Assembly: GCA_001275005.1 (NCBI GenBank)
Contig: JWZX01002034.1
Coordinates: 1 to 32,585, forward strand
Reading direction: 5' to 3'
DNA: 32,585 nucleotides
From: Chrysochromulina tobinii
Taxonomy: Eukaryota
Position 1 is the stretch's first letter. Each line of letters starts with the position of its first letter. This document shows, piece by piece, positions 19,771-29,443 of this stretch. Position numbers and translations under genes: made by a program. Under the pieces are notes generated by a model. That model made no database searches. It was not told where the DNA came from and worked only from the letters and a program-made list of their open reading frames with translations.

Positions 19771-20766
19771 TCAGGCGCTGTGGAGGGGGTCGTCGCACTC
19801 GGTTGAGCTGACACACGTTTGTTTCTCAGCGGCGGGGGAGGCAGAATTTGTGGGGCGTTTCGAGCGCTGAGGCGAGGAAATGGAAAACGAGCGGTGCAGC
19901 GTGGACAACGAGCGCTGCAGGATGCCCTGCGTCGGGTCCGGGACTTGTTTCTTGAGTAACTTGTTCTTAAGGTCCTCTCTCATTTCTAGCAGCTCAGCAC
20001 GCGATCTGCGCGCTTGACGCAAACTCCAAATCAAGAAAACAATGAGCCCACCGTACAAAATGAAGCCATACATATTGAAGAAAAGACGAGTGGGTTCACT
20101 TGACGACTTGATAAAGTGCAGCTCCAAGCAAGAAAACGGTGCTAGTAGAATAGCTAAATATGTGAATCCATAAGAGAGCCGAAAAGCAGCCTGAAAGCGT
20201 GTATAGAACTTGTCGGCCTCCTCTATAGATGATGGCCGTTCATATCGAAGACAAGAATAGATGGTAAAACCAACTATAAGAGCAAGCCCAGTGGAAGTGG
20301 TCACTAAGAAAGTCATCACAAGAAGAATCACTTCATAGGTTCCAAGATGAGTTTTGGAGACGTTGTATATAGCATCGTCCACAATCCATGCCTCTTGCAT
20401 CTCGGCACGATCCACTCCCGTGGGAACAGTAAATGCTACCGCAAAGAGAAGAGCATCGAACAGCATTTTTGTTGTGAGCTCACTTTCGATGGCCTCAGTT
20501 GACTGATGAGCAAAGGTGTGTTTGTACTGACGCATACGCTGAAGCAATAATGCGCGGTCCTTAATCGGCAACCCCTTCTCTTGAAACCATGAGTTCAGCA
20601 TGCTCTCATCAAATAGCAAAGCTTGATCAAACGAAATGTCCAAGCTTGTCTCCATACCCATACATGTATCTTGAAATTCTTTAGCGATCTCGGCTGTGAA
20701 CTGATCATGATCCTCCTTCTTCGATGGCTTCTTTGGAGACGTCTTTCCGGACGGCTTCGGAGCCAT
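19771..20766 (-). CDS. SAM-like + 4-TM membrane protein, family copy A, with chimeric N-terminus
   Basis: Intact ORF. ISFDQALLFDESMLNSWFQEKGLPIKDRALLL, then four hydrophobic segments. Paralogous to 22225-23456 and 29444-30565. Confidence 0.8.
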   Translation of the reverse strand: MAPKPSGKTSPKKPSKKEDHDQFTAEIAKEFQDTCMGMETSLDISFDQALLFDESMLNSWFQEKGLPIKDRALLLQRMRQYKHTFAHQSTEAIESELTTKMLFDALLFAVAFTVPTGVDRAEMQEAWIVDDAIYNVSKTHLGTYEVILLVMTFLVTTSTGLALIVGFTIYSCLRYERPSSIEEADKFYTRFQAAFRLSYGFTYLAILLAPFSCLELHFIKSSSEPTRLFFNMYGFILYGGLIVFLIWSLRQARRSRAELLEMREDLKNKLLKKQVPDPTQGILQRSLSTLHRSFSISSPQRSKRPTNSASPAAEKQTCVSSTECDDPLHSA

Positions 20767-21151
20767 CTTTGACGCTCGATGCGCACTGCGAGAGCGATGC
20801 ACACTCGCGAAAAGGGCCCGCGCGTCCCAAAAGTCCTTGCGCAGTTATGTAACCGAACAAGTTTTCAAGGGGGTCAAGGCGTTTTGATTCGAAATACGAC
20901 TCGAAAAACGGCGCCGTTTCGAGCGTCCCTGCACTGATTTGACCCCCCGGGTCAGGGCGACTTTTGTCCGCCTCCGCTCACCTCGCCGGAGGTACAATGG
21001 TACATGTACCGCCAACATGAAGTGCTGACTAAGTGCTGACGCGATCGCGCCGATTTTTCGCGCAGGCAGTGGAGCCTAAAGGTGGCGCCGCACCGCCTTG
21101 CTCCTAAAATACTAAAAATGGAGCGTCGGTGTGGGAGAGCGCCCGTGGTCT

Positions 21152-21536
21152 CGGTGACCAGCAGGGTCACGTCCGGGTTTCGCCGGGTATTGTTTTCAAT
21201 ACAAGAAAAGGTAATTTTCAATACAAGCGCAGCGCACCAAGCAGGGGCAGCAGCAGCAGCAGTTGTAGCGGCAGGGCACCGCGGAGGAGGACATACACAT
21301 GCAGCAGATGCACATGCACAACCTTCAGAGCCTCTTCACACGTGCGATATCTTATGAGATGATATGTGGAGATATGACTTGATACTGATACAGTCGACTG
21401 TATCATGATATCATAGTCAAGGTAAAGAATGTTTGTCATCTCATATCATCCCAGGTCATGCCACTCCGGTATGATGATATCTTGTATTGAAAATTACTTT
21501 CTTGTATTGAGAACTACCCCAATACCAGGGTCACCG
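21152..21536. mobile_element. MITE-like element with imperfect inverted repeats
   Basis: 21185-21227 is the imperfect reverse complement of 21481-21520. Outer CGGTGACC/GGTCACCG. Perfect 20-bp palindrome at 21386-21405. No clear TSD. Confidence 0.7.
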
Positions 21537-21758
21537 TACCTACTCCAGAGTGCCTCGGCTGGGGAGCCTTCCTACTTGATTGTAAACTAAAACAGGACCA
21601 CACAGTATCGTGTGTGAATGTGAATGTGTGCCTGTTTTCCAGGGTGAAGTGAATCGGATGTCGATGTGAGTCGTGAGTAATTCGCTATCACTGCGATGGG
21701 GATACATGCGGGGACCTGGAGATACATGTAAGCACAGGCTCCGTCCTCGGGAGCTCGC

Positions 21759-22290
21759 AAACCAAACACGCAACTTTCCTTCTTTCACTCGTCATCGGCG
21801 GCAAGGCCCTTCATCCTTGCCGCTGCCATCGCGCGCACCGCGGCGAGAGCCGACCCGCGCAATTCACGCGCGGCCGTCACACCACATGCGACAACTATCG
21901 CGGCCGCCACCTCCGCGACCCCCACACCCCTCCCCCGTCACGTCCGACGGTCTCAGAGACCCGCGCGACGGTCCCAGAGACCCGCGCAATTCACGAGCGG
22001 CCGTCACACCACATGCGACTACTATCACGGCCGCCACCTCCGACCCCCACCCCCCTCCCCGCTCCCCCATCGCACCATGCGACTGTGTCTGTGAAGTCAT
22101 CGCGCGATCCACGCGCGACTCTCTGGGTACGTGTGAAGTCTGTGCAAGGCAACGACTGGCACAGGAAGAACATTCAGACCAGCGTCAGGCTGTCAGCCGT
22201 GTCACTCATTCCTCGGTGCGGTTGTTACTCGGTGCGGTCGTGTGCTGGGCTGCGTGGAAAGGTACGACGCGTCCGACTGCTGCGCCGCGG
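21759..22290. repeat. Shared 3' flank of the SAM-4TM family, copy B (2 sub-repeats)
   Basis: Aligns to 19320-19702 and, inverted, to 30566-31233. Confidence 0.9.
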
Positions 22291-23456
22291 GGAGGGCCAA
22301 ATCGGGGCAGGAGGCTCAGCGTCTCTCTGGTCGTACTTCTCCTTAATTGCTTTTCCTCTCATCTTTTGCAGCTGAGCACGCGATTTGCGCGCTTGAAGCA
22401 AACTCCACGTCAAGAAAAAAACGAGCCCCCCGTACAAAACGAAGCCATAATAAGTGAAGAATACACGAGCCTTTGCATTTGGCGACTTGATCAGGTGCAG
22501 CTCAAAGCAAGAAAACGGTGCTAGTAGAATAGCTGCATATGTGAATCCATAAGATAAGCGAAAAGCAACCTGAAAGCGGACGTAGAATTCGTTTGCCTCG
22601 ACTATGGACGATGGCCGCTCATATCGAATACAAGAATAGATGGTAAACCCAACTATAAGAGCAAGCCCAGTGGAAGTGGTAACTAAGAAGGTCATCACGA
22701 TAAGAATCACATCGTAGGATCCAAGATGTGATTTGGAGATGTTGTATAAAGCATCGTCCCCCATCCATGCCTCTTGCATCTCGGAGCGAGTCACTCCCGT
22801 GGGAACAGTAAATGCTACCGCAAAGAGAAGAGCATCGAACAGCAATTTTGTTGTGAGCTCACCTTCGATGGCCTCAGTTGTGTTGACTGTTTAGCAAAGG
22901 TTACCTCTTTGAACTCACGCAGATCCTCAAGCAATTCTGCGCGGACCTTTATCGGCAGCTTGGCCTCTTCAAACCATGAGTTCAGCATGCTCTCATCAAA
23001 TAGCATAGCTTTATCAAACTTAATGCCCAAGGTTGCTGCCTTATCTTCAAAGTATTTTGTGATCTTGGCTTCGAGGCTATTACCGCTGAGCTTTTCATCT
23101 CCTCCTCCAGCGTGACCTTTGGTGGCCACCCTCGGGCTTAGCCCATGGGTTTCTTCGATGGCCTCAGTTGACTGACGAGCAAAGGTGTTTTTGTACTCTC
23201 GAATTGTCCGAAACAATAATGCGCGGTCTTTAATCGGCAGGTTGGCCTCTTGAAACCATGAGTTCAGCATGCTCTCGTCAACTAGCAAAGCGTCATCAAA
23301 CGAAATGCTGTTGCGTGCCACTTTTGCAAAGTATGTCGCGACCTCTTTTTTGTGCTGCTCGTCTTTCTTCGATGGCATTGAGGTATCAACCTTGAGCATC
23401 GATACCAAGCCTTCTGTCGTATCTTCTCCTCCTCCAGCATGACCTTCGGTGGCCAT
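22225..23456 (-). pseudogene. SAM-4TM family copy B: doubled SAM-like domain and a 5-bp frameshift before TM1
   Basis: ORFs 22815-23456 and 22225-22845 join if TGTTG at 22881-22885 is removed (copies A and C have CAGTCAACTGAGGCC on the coding strand). Confidence 0.7.
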
Positions 23457-23718
23457 GAGGCTTTAGCCCCGCCGCAGCGGAAAACAACTTTTTCACGATA
23501 ATCGTCTGTTACGCTCTGAGGTTGGATCTCGGTCGCGTCAAGTTTCGCGGACTGAATTTCCGAAAATGGGGGGTGGGGTGTCGGTTGCCCGTGCTTATCT
23601 TTCCAAAAGTTTTTTTGAGATGTACAAGGCGTCAAGTATTTCCCAAATTCGGAAGGGGAGATAGGAAGAGGTCGGGCTTTTGTACAACGATGCGCAGCTT
23701 CGCCCGCTGCCCTCGAGC

Positions 23719-26700
23719 ATGAACGGTCCATCTGAGGCGGAGGAGGTCCGAGATGAGCACGGCTTCCCGGTGCCGCCCAACCTTGTCAACAAGTACCGCA
23801 GCCTGCAGCTGCGCCAGCGGGCCGGCAGCGAGAAGCACGACTGGCCTGCACTGCTCGAGCAGGCGCGCAAGAAAAAGTATCGCACGGGCGGGCCGCTGCC
23901 GCCGCGCTTCGAGGCTGCCGTCAAGGCGGGCATCCCGACGGAGCACCGCGCAGCCGCTTGGATGCAGCTCAGCGGCGCGCGCCAGCGCATGGAGGCGCAG
24001 CCGCACCTGTACCGCCAGTTGCTTGTGGCGTCCAGCGCTCACGGGGAGGCGGCCGGGCGCTCCGTCGAAGAGGCCATCGACCTCGACATGCGGCGCACGT
24101 TCCCCGAGCACCCGCGCCTCGACGCCACCTTCCTCTCCAGGATGCGCCGCGTGCTGCTCGCGTACGCGCGCCGCTCGCCCGAGGTGAGTTACTGCCAGGG
24201 CATGAACTTTGTGGCGGCGGCCGTCCTGCTCTTCGTCGAGGATGAGGAGGAGGCTTTCTGGCTGCTGAGCTTCCTTATCGAGGAGGTTCTTCCCGATCAC
24301 TACGTGCAGTCGATGATCGGGCACACGGTTGACCGGCAGATCATCGAGACGCTCGTCGAGCTGCACCTGCCCGCCCTCGCCCAGCACCTGTGCGCGCACC
24401 GCGCACCCTCCTCCACCCTCGGTCGCGCTCCTCCACCCTCGGTCCCGCTCCAGTCTGAAGGCCCGCGCCTGGTCACACTCACGCCACGCTTACGCCCGCG
24501 CGGACTGCGTGATGCCGTCGACCGCAGGCGCACGCTCTCGCTCTCCATGCCTTTTGTAACGTCGCACTGGTTCCTGTGCCTCTTCGTGACGGCACTGCCC
24601 TCGGAGACCTCTTTTCGGCTGTGGGATGTGATGATCTGCCTCGAGCCAACGTGGATCTTCCGCGCCTCGCTCGCGCTCTTCGCGATCATGGAGGCACGCT
24701 CTCTCCTCGAGGCATCCGAGATCGGCACCGCCGTGTACGTCCTTCACTCGTCGCCTTCTTGATTGCCTTCTTGATTGCCTTCTTGATTGCCATCTTGATT
24801 GCCTTCTTGATTGCCATCTTGATTGCCACTGAGGACCGCTTGAGTGCCGCCCTCATCAGGTACCAGCCGAGCTCCCTGATTGCCTCTGATTGCCTGATTG
24901 GGCTTGAGTGCCGCCCTCGTCAGGTACGTCATCAAATCGTCCGCGCGCGGCGCCTTCGACGCGGGCGAGATCATCGATCTCGCGGCGACGAGATTCGGCG
25001 AGGTGAGCGCCGAGCTCATCGCGCGCAAGCGCAAGGAGTGGCGGCGCGCCACGATGGAGGTGCATTACGCCAAGCTGCGCGTCAAGGAGCTCTACGAGGC
25101 GCAGCAGCAAGTGGGCACTTTCGCAGTGGAGCAAGCGCGCTCGCTCGTGCTCGCCCTGGGAATCGAGGGGCAGCCGCCCACGACGATGGTGCCCGAGGCC
25201 GCTGTGATCGAGCACCTGAGCCGTCACCTGCCCGAGGAGGAGATCGATGTGGTCGTGACCTTCCTGCGCTCAACGGCCGGCCGGAGCAGCCCCTCGGTCG
25301 GCATGGAGCACCGGCACACGCCCGTGGAGCCGTTGCATGCATCGCGGCGCCACATCGAGCGCCAAATCGAGGTGAGCGAGGGGCAGTTCCCCACAGAGGG
25401 GCACTTCCCCGGATGGCCGGAGTACGGCGCCGACGCGCCCGCGCTCAATGCCAACCAGGTGGCGGTTGGCGTCGCGGTGCTCAGCGACGGCAAGCCGGAC
25501 GCGCGACTGCGCCTGTGCTTTGATGCCTTCGACGTGGCAGGGTGCGGCGGGCTCGGCTCAGAGGCACTCGTCGTTCTGCTACATGCTATCTACCGGACAC
25601 ACTACAAGCAGCCACCCACCGACGCGGAGGTGCGCGCAGCGGCGCAGGTCATCTTCTCGAACATGTCCGAGGGGGCCACCGCCGCCGCCTTGGGCGGCGC
25701 TCAAGGCGGCGCTCCCCTCGCCGTGGCCATCCCGGCCGTTCGCAGAGACAGCCCCAACCCCCCCGACAGCGCCAGCGGCGCCGAGGTGACGGTCAGCAGT
25801 GGCAGTGGCAGTGGCAGTGGAAGTGGCACCGTCGCCAGCGGCGCCGTCGCGAGCGCTCACGACGACGCGATCCCGGAGCGCCTGCTGCCCCGCGACGAGT
25901 TCCTGCGGCTCGCGATGGCGCAGCCCACTTTGATGCAGTGCTTCGCCAGGCGTGGAGCGCGCCCGCTCCTCACCCCGCGCGGGGTCTCTCAGAGAGACAA
26001 GGTGCCCGATGTGCAGTCGGCCCTCGAGATGGTCACCACGGTGGCCACCGGGCTGCTGCTGCCCGCGTGCGCCTTCCGCGACAAGCCGCGTCACCACAAG
26101 GAGAAGCTGGAGGGCAAGTCGATCCAGCCGCGCGCTGGGCGCTCTCCGTTCATGGACGACCGACTGCTGGCCGCGGCCGCTCAGGAGCAGCGCACGGCCG
26201 CACGCAGCGGGCCGGTCGCGCAGGCGCCCAACCCCTTCGGCGGCCTCCTGGACGGCTTCAATTCGATGACCAGGTCACTCACGGCCTTCCTGCCTCCTCC
26301 CGCGCCCCCTCCCGACCCCCCTCCTGACCCCCCCGACACCGGCCCAAGCGGCACCGGTACTGGTCATGATGCCGTTGGCATCCACTTCTGAGGCTGAGGT
26401 GTGCGCTCTCGACCCTCATCTCCGACCCCAGGTCCATCGTCACGGCCTCGAGCGACGCGCTCGGTGGCGCCCTCGACGGCGCGCTACAGGCGCTGCACGT
26501 GCCGCTCCAGCCCCACCCGTACGGCCAGCACCTCTCCGATGTCGAGCAGTTGAGCCTCGCGATCCACGAGGCCGGCCTCGAGCCAGCTCACTTGCGGCTC
26601 GCCCTCGGCTTCGACTGCTCCGCCGCCAACCGCAAGGCGGGCAAGGCGATCTTTGCTGGCAAGCCGTTACATGCTTCGGCGGACGGCGTACTTGGCCCCG

Positions 26701-27513
26701 ATCCCAACCCGTACCAGCTCGCCATCTTCATGCTCGGCAAGGCACTCGAGGCGATCGGCGTGCCCGCCGGATGTGAGTGTGCGCTGCTTCTGCTACAGCA
26801 CGCAGCCGCCGCCGCCGGGCGAATGGCTCGCTCCGCGAGAGGTCTCCGCGGCCAAAGGCAGCGCTCAAGACAGCGCGCTTGAGCCTCGAGGCGCCACCGA
26901 CGCTCGCGGCAGCGCGGGCGGCGGCGTGGGCGTGGCGGGCGCCGGAGCGGGCGCCCAAAGCGCCGGAGCGGGCGCGATCGTCCAGCAGCGATCGCAACTG
27001 CCCCCCGACGGAAACGCATCGAAGTGGGCCGAGCCTGTGGTGTGCCCGGGCATGGCAGCGGCGCTTGACTACTATAACACGCTCCCGCCCTACGTGTTCC
27101 GGGGCGTGCGTGGCCAGGGTGCTGCGCCGGGGTTGGCGGAGGCTGTGCTGTATGGCGGCGCGATCGCGACAGCGGACGCGGCCGCGGGCGGCTCGCGCAC
27201 GTTGCTGATGATCCTCACGCCCGCGCAGGGCATCGACGCCGCCGCGGCGCGTGCCGCCCTTGCGAGCGTGCAGCGCGTGCGCCTCTCGGTCATCGCGCTC
27301 GGAGTGGGCGACGGCCCTTTCCATGAGCTCGCGCGCATCGCGGCGGCCTGCCCACAGAACCTGACCGCCGTCGACTTCCACCGAGCGATCAACGGCAAGT
27401 TCCCCGACCGCGAGCTCGCGCTCGCGGCGCTCCGCGCGCTGCCCGAGCAAGCGCTGCTCCACCCCGAGTGGAAGAGCGGCGGCGCCACCGCCGCGGCGCA
27501 GGTCGTTGATTAG
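23719..27513 (+). CDS. TBC-domain Rab-GAP with EF-hand-like region, apparently fused to a copine/RGLG-type vWA domain; exons 23719-24389, 24528-24734, 24924-26273, 26432-27513 (frameshift near 26765)
   Basis: IDLDMRRT and YCQGMNF fingers, [26 protein letters not shown]-like; vWA motifs [51 protein letters not shown]. All three GT-AG introns restore frame. Confidence 0.75.
24735..24923 (+). mobile_element. Introner-like intron with a 7-bp flanking direct repeat and an internal 12-bp minisatellite
   Basis: GTACGTC at 24735-24741 and 24924-24930; TTGATTGCC(T/A)TC about x6; duplicated 3' end GCTTGAGTGCCGCCCTC(A/G)TCAG. Confidence 0.65.
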
Positions 27514-27550
27514 AGTCCGAAGTCAAGTCTATACAATAAACAACAGACCG

Positions 27551-27575
27551 CTTGACTTGACTTGACTTGACTTGA
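27551..27575. repeat. (CTTGA)5 microsatellite
   Basis: Read directly; same pentamer as at the ends of the 8737-12303 element. Confidence 0.95.
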
Positions 27576-28021
27576 TTAGAGGACGACCGTGACATGGACT
27601 TTGACGAGCGAACGCGGCGGCCACCTCTCGCGGTCGGTCTTCGGTCAGGCCCTTGGCCTTGCGTCACCGCTCTGTACTCGCCAGCGCACGTACACATGTG
27701 GCCTCTATAGAAGACAAGTCACGCCGTCTCAAAAGTTCATAAAAAGATGAGAAAAATACATGGTTTGAATTTAGACCAGTTTTGTTTTCTCGCGACGGTT
27801 CGCAACGGTTGGAGAGGTGATGGTGTGCAGGCGGCGCCGTCGGCAGGCGCTTGTTTCTTGCGCGCTTATCCCTCGCTCTTCCGTCGGAGATTTGCAGATT
27901 CCGATGGGCCCGATGTTCTCCAACGTTTTCAGATTGAAGCCCCGCGACCCAGACGCACAAATCGGACCTTTCATAGAAAAGGCCTGGATCTGTCCGAATC
28001 ACGAAATCTGCATCCTGCATC

Positions 28022-28799
28022 ATGGCTCTTACCCTCGTCGCGGTCCCCACGCTCTCCTTCGGCGGCTTCGGCGTCGCCGCGCCTAAGAAGGGCAAGCCCG
28101 TGGGCTTCGCGTACGGTGCGCGCACACGCCCCCGCCCAGTTTGCGCGCCACTGCGGCCTTCGATCCCGATTGCGGACGCGCGCGCACACGCCGCGAAAGC
28201 TTCCCACGCACATCACGAATGCGCGCGCCCAACGCAAGCTCTTGCACTCACCTGCTTGCGTCACCCTTCGTACAGGCCTCCCGGGCAACCTCGGCCCGGC
28301 GGGCGATTTCGACCCGGCCGGCTTCCTCGAGGGCAAGTCCGAGCTCGAGGTCTACCGCTACCGCGAGGCCGAGCTCACCCATGGCCGCGTTTCGATGCTC
28401 GCCTCGCTCGGCTTCCTCGTGCAGGAGAAGTTCCACCCCCTCTTCTCGGGCGACGGCGGCCCTGCGATCGATCAGATCCCGCAGCTCCCGGTCTGGCTCT
28501 GGGTCGTCATGACTGGTGCCATCGGTGCGGCGGAGGCCTTCCGCATCCAGACGGGCTTCCGCGAGCTCGACGGCGCGAAGGCGAAGGCTGAGACCGCGCT
28601 GCGCCCTGGCTACTACCCGGGCGACCTGGGCTTCGATCCGCTTGGCCTCAAGCCCGCGGGCGCCGAGGAGTTCCGCCTCATGCAGGAGAAGGAGCTCGCC
28701 CACTGCCGCCTCGCGATGATTGCCGCGGCAGGTTTCCTCGCGCAGGAGGCCGTCTCCGGCCAGACGTGGGGCACCTACTGGGGCCGCGCCGACCTGTAA
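28022..28799 (+). CDS. LHCX: Light-harvesting complex protein, Lhcx/LI818-like; exons 28022-28115 and 28276-28799
   Basis: YG|LPG...FDPAGF...REAELTHGRVSMLA...FHPLF..GPAI...YYPGDLGFDPLGLKP...MQEKELAHCRLAMIAAAGFLAQE. Intron 28116-28275 (GTGCGC...CAG). Short N-terminal targeting peptide. Confidence 0.92.
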
Positions 28800-29443
28800 G
28801 CAGGCAGGCAGACAAGCAAAGAGTCTGCCCTCGCGACAGGTCAGCATGCGCATGAAGAGCGCGCTCGTGTCGAGCGCTCACATGCGGTCAAGAGGAGCCT
28901 GTACGTCCGTGCTGTGACGACTTTGAAAAGTTACTTTGGAGTAGGCTAAAATAACGCATAGCGCTCTGGATGCGTGGGCGAGGCTCTTCACACGAGCCAA
29001 GCCGCGCAAGCCTTCCCTACGCGGTAAATTAATACCGCGTGTCCACACACCGGCACGACCCGCCCGACCGAGATACTCCGAGAGCTGTCGAGTAAACACC
29101 TCTTTTTCCCCACAGCACGCTGTTTGACGCTCGGGCAATGCCGCTTCGCTAGTCACTTCACTTGTGAATGAGAGGAGAGGTGTTCACTCGGCAGCTCCGA
29201 GAGGTCAGACTCAGAGGTGTCGGCTGTCGCGCGCCGACCCGCCGGTCCCCGCTGGGGTGGGCTGCGGGTCTCTGAGTATTCGTTCAAAGGATTGGTATCC
29301 GGATAACAATCAAGATCTACAAAACCCTGATTCGGAGGCCCCTGTGGGGACTTGTGTGTGGAAAGCGGAAACGTGGACATTTAGTATTGGTAGTTAGGGC
29401 CCTAAAGCTCGGCCGACCCGGAGGAACATCGACGCGCTGGCTC

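Noticed and set aside
24390..24527. 46-aa insertion in the TBC domain
   Set aside because: It is a 138-nt stop-free intron (GTGCGC...CAG); removal restores [21 protein letters not shown].
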